Origin: Pristiophorus japonicus
Taxonomy: Eukaryota
NCBI RefSeq assembly: GCF_044704955.1
Contig: NC_091999.1
Span: forward strand, 46,872,001 to 46,936,000
Length of the DNA: 64,000 nucleotides
Direction: 5' to 3'
Shown: piece after piece, positions 50,201 to 62,627 of the stretch
How the letters are laid out: each line of letters begins with the position of its first letter
Numbering within the stretch: position 1 is the first letter of the stretch
Notes under the pieces: model-generated
What the model was told of the DNA's origin: nothing
What the model saw: only the letters and a program-made list of their open reading frames with translations
The model's database searches: none
Made by a program: the position numbers and the translations under genes

Positions 50201-51165
50201 TAGTGAAAGGAAAATCCGGTTGAAATGGAAATGGTAAGACTCTAACTAAAACCTGGAATATCCAGGATGTGTTTTATCAACGGAATATAAACGTGATCAT
50301 CACCATCCTTCAGATTGTACAAGGACAAGCTACAAGGCTGCCCCGAGGTTGCCCAGAAGCATTTAACCACAGCGGAGGGTACAACAACTACGTAAATCAG
50401 CCTCTAGAGGGCGACATCTAAGTATCAGGAGCGTTTGTCTTGAAGCCATAAGATAAGTGTGTAAACAATGTTACCTGAATATTGTAAACCAGGGGAATTA
50501 AACTTGGGAAATTGCCTGGTAGTTAAACCTGGAACAGAAGTAATGTTGTTATTTGACAATGTGCAGCATGAAATGTTACCTGTGAGTATAAATGAATCAG
50601 CCCTATACCTGCCAGAAAAAATTAGCCACAAGACTAAAGCGTTGTAAATACGATTGCTAGACACAATCCTGAGAATAGCTAGTGACACATCAGGAGGAAG
50701 AGAGTAACACAAGAAGCTGAGACACAAAGAAGGAAGACAGAGGAGATTTACAGCGAATGACGTATTAACTTTACAGGGACATTTCTAGTAAATGCACCAG
50801 ATATACAGGCGATCCAGACACGTGTAGATAGTTTGAGGGGAACAACGGAGGTACTAATCAGGAAACAGGCCAGGATTGGGATAGAATCTTCAGAGTTAGG
50901 ATCTAAAAGATCAAAAAAAAATGCTAGAGGGTGTATCCGTATTGGAAGGCCATGCACGAACAATTAAAGAGCAAAATAAGCAGGAATTGAGAGGACGATG
51001 CCGAGGACAGGAAAATAGACACATGTCATGCCTATGGTAGATGGATGATTGGTCAGGTGAGACACAATATGGATCAGATACAAAGCGGGCGAGTTAAAGT
51101 TTCAATAAATAGCACCCAGTTGAAAGAAATGGCACAGCACACTGGGCCATTAGATGCATGCACCA
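47237..51165 (+). mobile_element. ERV-B: 5' LTR (~47237-47724), PBS-Ser, and heavily deleted gag/pol/env remnants
   Basis: TG start, AATAAA at 47661, CA end. PBS TGGCGCAGTCAGCAGGAT at 47728-47745 (16/18 vs the tRNA-Ser(AGA) complement). Gag-like GPNLYPPL at ~48350, RT-thumb KVNPKKA..VQYLGHEISQG..VLGFFSYCRNF at ~49980-50165, env-like remnant 50460-51160 (TCHAYGRWMIGQVRHNMDQIQSG). Confidence 0.75.
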
Positions 51166-54100
51166 TGAAACATAGAAACATAGAAAAAAGGTTGCAGGAA
51201 TAGGCCATTCGCCCCTTCGAGCCTGCACCAACATTCAATAAGATAATGGCTGATCATTCACCTCAGTACCCCTTTGCTGCTTTCGCTCCATACTCCTTGA
51301 TCCCTTTACCTCAAGGGCCATATCCAACTCCCGCTTGAATATATCTGATGAACTGGCATCAACAACGTTCTGTGGAAGAGAATTCCACAGGTAACAACTC
51401 TCTGAGTGAAGAAGTTTCTCCTCATCTCGGTCCTAAATGGCTTATCCCTTGTCCTTAGACTGTGACCACTTGTTCTGGACTTCCCCAACATCGGGAACGT
51501 TCTTCCTGCATTCAACTTGCCCAGTCCATGCAGAATTTTAAGTTTCTGAGGTCCCCTCTCATTCTACTAAACTCCAGTAAATACAGACGCAGTCGATCCA
51601 ATCTCTCCTCATATGTCAGTCCTGCCATCCCGGAAATCAGTCTGGTGAACCTTCGCTGCACTCCCTCAATAGCAAGAACGTCCTTCCTCAGATTAGAACT
51701 AAACTGAATACAGTTTTCCAGGTGAGGCCTCACCAAGGCCCTGTACAGCTGCGGCAAGACCGCCCTGCTGCTATATTCAAATCCCCAAGGATATTGGGCC
51801 AACATGCTATTTGCCTTCTTTCTGTCTGCTGCACCTGCATGCCAATCTTCAATGACTGATGTACCATGACACCCGGATCTCGTTGCACTTCCTCTTTTCC
51901 GAATCTGTCGCCATTCAGATAATATTCTGCCTTCGTGTTTTTGCCACCAAAGTGCATAACCTCACATTTATCGTTATTACAGAAATCTGCCACGCAATTG
52001 CCCACTCACCGAACCTGTCCAAGTCACTCTGAACCCTCTTAGCATACTCCGCACATATCACACCGCCATCCAGCAGAATGTCATCTGCAAAATTGGAAAT
52101 ATTATGCACAATTCTTTCATCTAATTCATAGATGTATATTGTAAATTACTGGGGTCCCAGCACTGAGCCCTGCGGCACCCAACTAGTCACTGCCTGCCAT
52201 TGTGAAAAGGAACCGTTTATCCCGACTCTGCCAACCAGTTCTCTATCCACATCAATACATTACCTCCAATGCCATGTGCTTTAATTTTGCATATCAACCT
52301 CTTGTGTGGGACCTTGTCAAAAGTCTTTTGTAAGTCCCACTGCACCACATCCACTGGTTCTCCCCTGTCCGCTCGACTCGTTACATCCTCACAAAATTCT
52401 AAAAGATTTGTCAAGCATGATTTCCCTTTCATAAATCCATGCTGATTTGGACCGATCCTGATAGTGCTTTCCAAATGTGCTGCTGTTTCATCTTTAATAA
52501 TTGATTCCAACATTTTCCCCACCACTGATATTCAGGCTAACTGGTCTATAATTACGTGTTTTCTCTCTCCCTCCTTTTTCAAAATGTGGTGTTACATTCG
52601 CTACCCTCCAGTCCATACGAACTGATCTAGACTTGATGGACTGTTAGAAAATGATCACCAATGCATCCACTATTTTTAGGGCCACTTCCTTAAGTATTCT
52701 GGGATGCAGACCATCAGGCCCAGGGCATTTATCGACCTTTAGTCCCACCAATTTTCCGAACATAATTTCCCACAAATAAGGATTTCCTTCAGTTCCTGCT
52801 TCTCACTAGCCCCTCGGTCACGTACTATTTCCAGAAGGTTATGCGTGTCTTCCTTCGTGAATGCAGAGCCAAAATATTTGTTCAACTGGTCGACCGTTTC
52901 ATTTTTCCCCATTATAAATTCACCTGAATCTGACTGCAAGGGACCTACGTTTGCCTTCACTAATCTTTTTCTCTTCACATATCTATAGAAGTTTTTATGT
53001 TCCCAGCAAGCTTCCTCTCATACTCTATTTTCCCCCTCCGAATTAAACGCTTTGTCCTCCTCTGCTGAATTCTCAATTTCTCCCCGTCCTCAGGTTGATG
53101 CTTTTTATGACCAATTTATATGCCTCTTCCTTGGATTTAACACTATTCTTTATTTCCCTTGTTAGCCACGGTTGAGCCACCTTGCCCGTTTTATTTTTTT
53201 ACTCCAGACAGGGATTTCCAATTGTTGAAGTTCATCCATGTGATTTTAAATGTTTTCCATTGCCTATCGGCCTCAACCCTTTTAAGCATCATTTCCCAGT
53301 CTATTCTAGCCAATTCATGTCTCATACCATCGAAGTTACCTTTCCTTAAGTTCAGGACCGCAGTCTCAGAATTAATTGTTTCACTCTCCACCTTAACAAA
53401 GAATTCTACCTTATTATGGTTACTCTTCCCCAAGGGGCCTCGCACAACAAGATTGCTAATTAATGCTTTCTCATTACACATCAACCAGTCTAGGATGGCC
53501 AGCCCTCCAGATGGTTCCTCAACATATTGGTCAAGTAAAACATCCCGTATACACTCCAGCAAATCCTCCTCCACAGTATTGCTACCAGTGTGGTTAGTCC
53601 AAACTATATGTAGATAAAAGTCGCCCAATAAACTTCTGTACCTATATTGCACACATCCCTGCTTTCTTGTTTGATGCTGTCCCCAAACTCACTACTATTG
53701 TTTGGTGATACACAACTCCCACTAGCGTTTTCTTCCCTTTGATATTCCGCAGAATCCACGCGAATGTCCTTCCTTACTATTGCGTTAATTTACTCTTCAA
53801 CCAGCAATGCCACCCCACCTGCTTTTCCTTTCTGTCTATCCTTCCTGATTGGTGAATATCCCTGGATGTTGCGTTCCCAGCCTTCGTCACCCTGGAGCCA
53901 TTTCTCCGTGATGCAAATTACATCATATTCATTAATTGCTGCCTGTGCAGTTAATTTGTCCACCTTATTACGAATACTCCTCGCATTGAGGCACAGTGCC
54001 TTCAGGCTTGTTATCTTACCAAACCTTGTCTCTTTATAATTTGGCTTCAATTTGGCCCTTTTTGATTTTTGCCTTGGGTTTCTCTGCCCTCCACCTTTAC

Positions 54101-54415
54101 TTTTCAGCATCCATTATACTTCCCTCTGTCTCCCTGCATAGGTTCCCATCCCACTGCCATATTCGTTTAACCCCTCCCCAACAACACAAGCAAACTCTCC
54201 CCTGTGGACATTGGTTCTGCCCAGGTGCAGAGCGTCTGGTTTGCACTGGTCCCAGCTCCCCCTGAACCGTTTCCAATGTCCCAGGAAATTGAATCACTCC
54301 ATTCTGCACCACACATTCATCTGAGCTATCCTGCGATTCCTACTCTGACGAGCAGGTGTCAGTGGCAGCTATCCTGCAATTGCTACCTTTGAGGTCCTAT
54401 TTGTTAATTTAGCTC
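51166..54415 (-). mobile_element. Near-complete degraded CR1 ORF2 (APE endonuclease + RT) with ORF1 tail
   Basis: (ATAGAAAC)n tail at ~51166-51185. EN: KALCLNARSIRNKVDKL..YDVICITEKWL, LLGDF, ILDWLMCN..PLGKSNH. RT: [34 protein letters not shown]. Confidence 0.93.
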
Positions 54416-54645
54416 CAGGCTCCCTAAATTCAGCTCGTAATTCCTCAGACAGAGTGAGTCAGACTCAAACACAAACACATGAAGAGCTCTCTTAAAACAG
54501 AGAGTGAGAGGCACAGAAACATTGCATAATCCCATTTCTTTGTCAGTTGAGAATGTTATAAAGTCATCGACATGTACAGATTCAACAGAATACATTTGCG
54601 TATTACTGAGCAGAATGGGAGGAAATCGGTTTCAATTTAAAGATT

Positions 54646-54729
54646 TACCAAGAGTGGGGTATCGAACCCACACAGCTACACACCCATTGGATTTTACGTC
54701 CAACGCCTAAACCACTCGGCCATCCTGGT
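54646..54729 (-). tRNA. tRNA-Leu(TAA)-derived pseudogene
   Basis: Reverse complement ACCAGGATGGCCGAGTGGTTTAGGCGTTGGACGTAAAATCCAATGGG..GTGGGTTCGATACCCCACTCTTGGTA; anticodon loop and T arm altered. Confidence 0.85.
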
Positions 54730-55156
54730 TTTGTCAGTATTCGGATTTTGTCTCTGTGAGAATATGGGCTGCAGCTCCACTCTCACAGACAGAGGTTTTC
54801 AATGAGCATTTTCAAATATTTACAGCAATATTGACACAGGGGCAACTCTCCTATTCTTTTTCGAGTAATGCTCTGGGAACTTTCACATCCACCCAAGGGT
54901 GCAGACGGAGCTTCAATTTAACATTTCATCCGAAAGTCAACAGCTTCAACAATGCAAAATTGCCCAAGTACTGTATTTGAGTGTCAGCCAAGATTAAATG
55001 CTCAAGTCTCAGGGGAAGGACTGACACACACAACCTCCTGATTCAGCCGAGAATGCTGCCACTGAACCAAATCTCACATCCGTATTACTTTCCCCAAGTC
55101 TTTTCATAAAGTTCCAGGACATTTGAAGCAATATTCAACATTTTGAAAAAGCTCCA

Positions 55157-55227
55157 CCTTCATCAGGGCATTGAACCCCGAACTCACGAGTGACAGGAAG
55201 GGATACTTACTACGACACTAACGAGGA
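55157..55227 (-). tRNA. tRNA-Asp(GTC)-derived pseudogene
   Basis: Reverse complement TCCTCGTTAGTGTCGTAGTAAGTATCCCTTCCTGTCACTCG..CGGGGTTCAAT..; a T-run terminator follows (AAAAA at 55146-55150 on plus). Confidence 0.8.
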
Positions 55228-55906
55228 ACTGACGGTCATTTGTTTTGTCAGAGCAGGAATCGAGCTGTGAACAGAACTGGACAACATGAGAAGTCGACAG
55301 GCACATTGAGAGACAGAGACAAACCGACAAACAGGGAGAGACAGACAGCGAGATAGAGACAAAGTGAGACAGAAAGTATGAGACTGAGAAGGAGAGGCAG
55401 ACTGAGTGAGAAAAAGACTCAAACACACACATATACAGAGATGCGTGTGTATGTGCTCTTTAAAGAGAGAGAGGGAAAGAGTGAGAGAAAGACAGTGACA
55501 AAGACAGTGACAAAGAGAGAGACAGAGAAAGAGTGAGTGACAGATCGAGAGATAGGCAGAGATATAAACAGAAAATGATGAAAATACTCAGCAGGTTAGA
55601 GACAGGAACTAACAGAGACAGGCAAAGAGAGAGACAGGTAGAGACATGGACAGACAGAGAGGTTGGGAATGAGAGCGACAGTCAGACAGAAAGACTGAGA
55701 GAATCCCATTGGAACAGAACTGGACATCGTGAGAAAGAGGCAGATAAGTTGAGAAACAGGGAAACGGGGAGAGACAGACTGTGAGATAGAGACAAAGAGA
55801 AACAGAGACTTTGAGACTGAGATGGAAGGTCAGACTGAATAACAGAATGACTCATACACGTACATATACAGAGATGTGTTTGTGTGCTCCATAAAGAGAG
55901 AGAGGC

Positions 55907-55989
55907 AAATAGTTGTGGGGTTCGAACCCGCGCAGTTATAATTCCATTGGATTTTAAGTCCAACACATTAACCACTCAGCCATCCTGGG
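55907..55989 (-). tRNA. tRNA-Leu(TAA)-derived pseudogene
   Basis: GTGGGGTTCGAACCC..CCATTGGATTTTAAGTCCAAC..AACCACTCAGCCATCCTGG on plus; 3' acceptor strand degraded. Confidence 0.8.
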
Positions 55990-57744
55990 CCTGGCAGAAA
56001 CGGGCTTTGTCTCTGTCAGAATTTGGGCTTCAGCGCCACCCCCACAGACACACACACACACAGAGGGTTTCATCGAGGATATTCGAACATTTTTAGTGAT
56101 ATTGACACGAGGGCAACTCTCCTATTCTTTTTCTAGTAATGCTCTGGGACCTTTCACATACATCCGAGGGTGCAGGCGGAGCTTCAATTTTACATTTCAT
56201 CCGATGGTCAACAGCCTCAACAATGCAAAATTCCCGAAGTACTGCATTTGAGTGTCAGCCAAGATGATGCGCTCAAGTCTCAGGAGAGGGACTTACACAC
56301 ACGACCTTTTGAATGGAGCAACTGAAACAAAGCCGATACCAAAGATCACAAGCGTATTATTTTCCCCAAGTTTTTTAAAAAGTTCCAGGACATACCAAAT
56401 TCTTGGTGATGATTTCCATAGACAGTTGCACAGACACAGAGACATACATACAGATAGACATAGACAGACACACACACACATAAAATAACCAAAAATATAC
56501 ACGCATCAACATAGAAACATAGAAATTAGTTGCAGGAGTAGGCCGTTGGCCCTTCGAGCCTGCACCACCATTCAATAAGATCATGGCAGATCATTCAACC
56601 TCAGTACCTATATCCTCCTTTCCCTCCATATCCCTTGAGCTGTAAGGGCCATATCTGACTCCCTCTTCAATATATCTAATGAACTGGCTTCAACAACTTT
56701 CTGCGGTAGATAATTCCACAGGTTAACCACTCTCTGAATTAAGCTCTTTCTCCTCATCTTGGTCCTCAATGGCTTACCCCTTATTCTTAGACTGTGACCC
56801 CTGGTTCTCGAACTCCCCAGCAACAGAAACATTCTTCCTGCCTCTCACTTGTCCAATCTCGTCAGAATTTTATATGTTTCTATCAGATCACCTCTCATTC
56901 TTCTAAACTCCAATGGATACGAGCAGAGCTGATCCAGTCTATCCTCATATGTCAGTCCTGCTATCCCTGGAATCAAGCTGGTGAACCTTCGCTGTTCTCC
57001 ATCAATAGCAAGGACGTCCTTCCTCAGATTTGGAGACCAAAACTAACAAAATATTTAACGTGTGGCTTCACCAAGGCCCTGTACAACTGCAGGAAGACTT
57101 TCCTGCTCCTAAATTCAAAGCACCTAGCTATGAAGGCGAACGTGCCATTTGCCTTCTTCACCGCCTGTTGCGCTTGCATGCCCACTTTCAATGAAAGATG
57201 TAGCATGACACCCAGATCAAGATGTACACAGAGTGCCTTAGACAAATAGACGGATAGACAGGCAGGGTCACTGTCGCTGCTTTGGCTGGCCTTTGCATTT
57301 GTCCGTCGAGAATGCTGCCACTGAACCACAGCCAATGCAAAAGTTCGCAAACGTATTATTTTCTCCAAGTCTTTTGAAAAAGTTCCAGGACATACCAAAT
57401 TCATGGTGATGATTTCCACAGACAGTTGCACATACACAGAGACATATATACTGATAGACAGACACAGACACACACACACACACTCACACACACACACACA
57501 TAACCAAAAATATACAGGCACCAACGGACATGCACAGATGACTTAGACATATCGAGGGATAGACAGGCTGAGTCACTACTTTGGCTGATTTTTGCATTTT
57601 TCTATCCGTATGTATCGTGAATATTGCAGACTAATAGAAATGTGAAAAAAATGTCAGTGTTGAAAGGTGTGGGACGTTATTCCATCTATCTCAAGATCAG
57701 TTTTGCCAAAACCTGGTTAAATTGTAAAGAAAAGTGCTGAGAAT

Positions 57745-57826
57745 TGTAGTCGGCAGGATTCGAACCTCAGCGCAGAAAACCCAAAATATTTCTAGTCCAT
57801 CGCTTTAACCACTCGACCACAATTAC
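57745..57826 (-). tRNA. tRNA-Ser(AGA)-derived pseudogene
   Basis: Plus strand GTAGTCGGCAGGATTCGAACC..ATTTCTAGTCCATCGCTTTAACCACTCGACCACAATTAC is the reverse complement of vertebrate tRNA-Ser(AGA) with substitutions. Confidence 0.85.
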
Positions 57827-58045
57827 TGCGTCTCTGGCACTTTAAATGTTACTCAGAAAAAACTCAGTCGTCCATCTCTGTGCAGCACACGGCAACAGAA
57901 TCCTGAAAAAGTCTCCGTTTGCATAAAAACCTGGAAGAGGCAATCTCCTCTTGCTGTATTTTTACTGTCCTATATTGCTCTGGAACTTTTTAATAAAATC
58001 GAAACCAAGAAACAGAAGGAAAATTCGACATTTTGAAAAAACTGC

Positions 58046-58117
58046 TGCGACGTCGGGAAATGGAACCCGCTTCTCCCACATAACAAGCGGGGATAATCAT
58101 CACTGTACGGACGAGGG
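58046..58117 (-). tRNA. tRNA-Asp-derived pseudogene (anticodon changed to GTT)
   Basis: CGTCGGGAAATGGAACCCG..CTCCCACATAACAAGCGGGGATA..ACGAGG; T-run terminator retained. Confidence 0.75.
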
Positions 58118-59238
58118 TACGGGTTTCGTTAGAGCAGTAATCGAGCTATGAACAGAAGTCGACAGACACATTGATCGACAGAGACAAACCGACAAACAGG
58201 GATAGACAGACAGCGAGAGAGAGAGACAACGCGAGACAGAAAGGGTGAGACTGAAAAGTGAGGCAGACACAGTGAGAAAAAGACTCAAACACCTACATAT
58301 ACAGAGATGTGTGTGTGTGATCTATAAAGAGAGAGAGGGAAAGAGTGAGAGAAAGAAAGGGACAAGGAGAGAGACAGATAGAGAGAGAGACAGATATAAA
58401 CAGAAAATGATGGAAATGCTCAGCAAGTTAGAGGTAGCAACGACCAGCGACAGGCAAAGAGAAAGAGATCGGCAGAAACATAGACAGACAGAGATGATGA
58501 GAAAGAGTGAGACAGTCAGACAGAGAGACTGAATGAATCCCTTTCGAACAGAACTGGACACCGTGAGAAAGAGACAGACAGATTCAGAACCAGAGACAAA
58601 CAGGGAAACAGGGAGAGACAGACAGTGAGATAGAGACAAAGAGAGACAGAAAGTTTGAGACTGAAAGGGAGGATCAGACTGAATGAGAAAAAGACTCAAA
58701 CACATACATACACAGAGATGTATTTGCGTGCTCCAAAATGAGAGGGGGGGCAAATAGTGATGGAATGACAGAGAAAAGGACAGGGACAAAGAGAGAGAGA
58801 AAGAGGGCGACAGATAGAGAGAAAGACAGATAGAGAGAGAGAGACATAGAGACAACACAGAAAATAATGGAAATACTTATCAGGTTAGAGACAGGGACTA
58901 ACAGAGACAGGCAAAGACATGGACAGACAGAGATAATGGGAAAGAGAGAGACAGTCAGACAGAGAGTCTGAGAGAATCCCATTGCAACAGTACCAGACAC
59001 CGTGAGAAAGAGACAGATTGAGAGACAGCGACAGACAGAGTGGGTCAGAGAGAGACAAAGACTCAAACACACAAACACATGCACAGCTCTCGAAAGAGAG
59101 AGAGCGGCAGAGACATGTCACAATTTCATTTCATTATCTGCTCAGAGTGTCACATTGTTACAGAAAACTAGAGATTCAGCAGATGAAAATCGGGTATCAC
59201 TGAGCAGGATGGGAAAAATATCTCTTTAATTAAGGAAT

Positions 59239-59321
59239 TACCAGGAGTGGGGTTCGAACCCACGCGGGTATAAACCCATTAGATTTTAAGTCTAACGCTT
59301 TTCCCACTCGGCCATCCTGGC
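59239..59321 (-). tRNA. tRNA-Leu(TAA), best-preserved copy (possibly functional)
   Basis: Reverse complement GCCAGGATGGCCGAGTGGGAAAAGCGTTAGACTTAAAATCTAATGGGTTTATACCCGCGTGGGTTCGAACCCCACTCCTGGTA. Acceptor stem (with a G-U pair), anticodon stem, variable arm and T arm all pair. Confidence 0.85.
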
Positions 59322-61067
59322 CCTGATCCTGTCAGAGGTTGGACTCTGCCTCTGCGAAAATCTGGGCTTCAGCTCCAGACATATCGGATTTCAGGGAGCA
59401 TTTACAAACATTTTTCGTTATATTGACACGGGCGCAACTCTCCTATTATTTTTCGACTAAGGCGCGGGGAACTTGCACATCCACCCGAGGGTGCAGATGG
59501 AGCTTCAATTTAAAATTTCAGCTGATGGTCAACAGCTTCAAGAACGCAACATTCCCCAAGTACTGCATTTGAGTGTCAGCCAAGATTATGGGTTCAAGTC
59601 TCAGGAGTGGGACTTCCACACACAACCTCCTGATTCAGTCGAGAATGGAGCCACTGAACCAAAACCGATACCAACGTTCACAACTGTATTATTTTCCCCA
59701 AGTTTTTTAAAAAGTTCCAGGACGTACCAAATTCATGGTGATGATTTCCACAGACAGTTGGACATACACAGAGACAGACATACAGAGAGATACACAGACA
59801 CACGCACACACAATAACCAAAAATATACACGCATCACCATAGAAACATAGAAATTAGGTGCAGGAATATGCCATTCGGTCCTTCGAGCCTGCACTACCAT
59901 TCAATAACATCATGGCTGATCGTTCAACCTCAGTACCCCTTTCCTGCTTCCTCTTTATACCCCTTCATCCCTTTAGCCGTAAGGGCAATATCTAACTCCC
60001 TTTTGAATATATCTAATGAACTGGCCACAACGACTTTCTGCAGTGGAAAATTTCAGAGGTTATCCACTCTCTGAGTGAAGACGTTTCTCTTCATCTCGGT
60101 TTCTAAATGGCTTACCCCTTACTCTTAGACTGTGATCCTTGGTCTCGAACTCCCCAGCAGCGAGAACATTCTTCCAGCTTCTAAGCTGTCCAATTTCGTC
60201 GTAATTTTTCATGTCTCTTCTGGTCTCCTCTCATTCTGCTAAACTCCAGTGGATACCAGCACAGTTCATCCAGTCTGTCCTCATATGTCAGTCCTGCCAT
60301 CCCGGGAATCATGCTGGTGAACTTGCGCTGTACTCCCTCAATATCAAGGACGTCCTTCCTCAGATTCGGAGACCAAAACTGAACACAGTATTCCAGGTGT
60401 GGCCTCACGGAGGCCCTGTTCAAATGCAGTAAGATCTCCCTGCTCCTATACTCAAATCCCCTAGCTATGAAGGGGAATATCCCATTTGCCTTCTTCACCA
60501 TCTGCTGCACCTGCATACCAACAATCAATGACTGATGTACCATGGCACCCAGATCAAGATATACAATGATTTCCTTAGACAAATAGATGGATAGACAGGC
60601 AGGGTCACTGTTGCAACTTTGGCTGTCTTTTGCGTTTTTCGGTCGAGGATACTGCCACTGAACCAAATCCGATACCAAAGTTCACAACCGTATTATTTTC
60701 CCCAAGACTTTTTAAAAAGTTTCAGCACATACCAAATTCATGGTGATGATTTGCACAGACAGTTGCACATACACAGAGACATATATACAGAACGACAGAC
60801 GCAGAGACACACACACACATAACCAAAAATATACTCGCACCAACAGACATGCCTTAGACATACAGAGGGATAGACAGGCTGAATCACTGTCGCTAATTTG
60901 GCAGATTTTTGTGTTTTTCTATCCGTATGTATCATGAATATTGCAGTTTAATAAAAATGAGAAATAGATGTCAGTGTTGAAATGTGTGGGACATTATTCC
61001 GCCTATCTCAGGATCCATTTTGCAAAAACCTGGTTAAATTTTAAATGGAATGAAAAATGCGGTGAAT

Positions 61068-61148
61068 TGTAGTCGGCAGGATTCGAACCAATGCGCAGAA
61101 AACCCAAAGGATTTCCAGACCATCGCTGTAACCACTCAGCAAAACTAC
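61068..61148 (-). tRNA. tRNA-Ser-derived pseudogene (anticodon GGA)
   Basis: GTAGTCGGCAGGATTCGAACC..ATTTCCAGACCATCGC..ACCACTCAGCAAAACTAC. Confidence 0.8.
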
Positions 61149-61366
61149 TGCGTCTCTGGCACTTTAAATGTTGCTCAGAAAAAACTCAGTCATCCATCTC
61201 TGTGCAGCAGACGGCCACAAAATCCTGAAAAAGTCTCCGTTGCAAAAAATCTGGAAGAGGCAATCTCCTCTTGCTGTATTTTTATTGTTCTATATTGCTC
61301 TGGAACTTTTTAATATGAATCTATACCAAGAAACAGAAGAACAATTCGACATTTTGAAAAAACTGC

Positions 61367-61439
61367 TTTTCCGTCAGGAAATTGAACCCGGTTCTCCCGT
61401 GTAACAGGGAAAGCATAATTACCACTATACGAACGAGGG
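61367..61439 (-). tRNA. tRNA-Asp-derived pseudogene (anticodon GTT)
   Basis: CCGTCAGGAAATTGAACCCGGTTCTCCCGTGTAACAGG..ACCACTATACGAACGAGG. Confidence 0.75.
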
Positions 61440-62544
61440 AATGGGTGGCGCCAGTGCAGTAATCAAGCTGTGAATAGAAGTCGACAGACACATTGATCGA
61501 CAGGCACAAACCGACAAACAGGGATAGACAGACAGCGAGAGAGAGACAACGAGAGACAGAAAGGGTGAGACTGAAAAGTCAGTCAGAGACAGCGAGAAAA
61601 AGACTCAAACACCTACATATACAGAGATGTGTAAGTGTGATCTATTAAAAGAGAGGGAAAGAGTGAGAGAAAGACAGTGATAAAGACAGTGACAAGGTGA
61701 GAGACAGATAGAGAGAGAGCGACAGATAGAGAAAGAGGCAAAGATATAAACAGAAAATGATGGAAATACTCAGCAGGTTAGAGACAGGAACTACCAGCGA
61801 CAGGCAAAGAGAGACAGACAGGCAGAAACATAGAGAGACAGAGATTATGGGAAAGAGTGAGACAGTCAGACAGAGAGACTGAGAGAATCCCATTCGAACA
61901 GAACTGGACACGGTGAGAAAGAGACAGACACATTGAGAACCAAAGACAAACAGGGAAACAGGGAGAGACAGACAGTGAGATAGAGACAAAGAGAGACATA
62001 AAGTTTGAGTCTGAAAGAGAGGATCAGACTGAATGTGAAAAAGACTCAAACACATACATACACAGAGATGTATTTGCGTGCTCCATAAAGAGAGGGAGGC
62101 AATTAGCGATGCAGTGACAGAGAAAAGGACAGGGACAAAGAGAGAGACAAAGAGGGAGACAGATAGAGAGAAAGACAGATAGAGAGAGAGAGACATAGAG
62201 ACAAAAACCGAAAATAATGGAAATACTTATCAGGTTAGAGTCAGGGACTAACAGAGACAGGCAAAGACATGGACAGACAGAGATAATGGGACAGAGAGAG
62301 AAAGTCAGAAAGAGAGTGTCAGAGAGAGGCAGACTGAGAGAGACAAAGAATCAAACACACAGACACAAACACAGCTCTCGAAAGAGAGAGAGAGCGGCAG
62401 AGACCGAGCGACACAGATATATTTCACAATTTCATTTCATTATCGGCTCAGAGTGTCATATCGTTACAGAAAATTGCAGATTCAGCAGATGAGAATCGTG
62501 TATCACTGAGCAGGATGGGAAAAATCTACGTTTAATTAAGGAAT

Positions 62545-62627
62545 TACCAGGACTGTGGTTCAAACCCACGCGGGTATAAACCCATTACATCTTAAATCCA
62601 ACGCCTTTACCGCTCGGCCTTCCTGAT
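62545..62627 (-). tRNA. tRNA-Leu(TAA)-derived pseudogene
   Basis: TACCAGGACTGTGGTTCAAACCCACGCGGGTATAAACCCATTACATCTTAAATCCAACGCC..CTCGGCCTTCCTG. Confidence 0.8.

Noticed and set aside
55184-62492. ORFs rich in SLSLCLS / RDRQR
   Set aside because: Translations of GA-rich spacer microsatellites in the tRNA macrosatellite.
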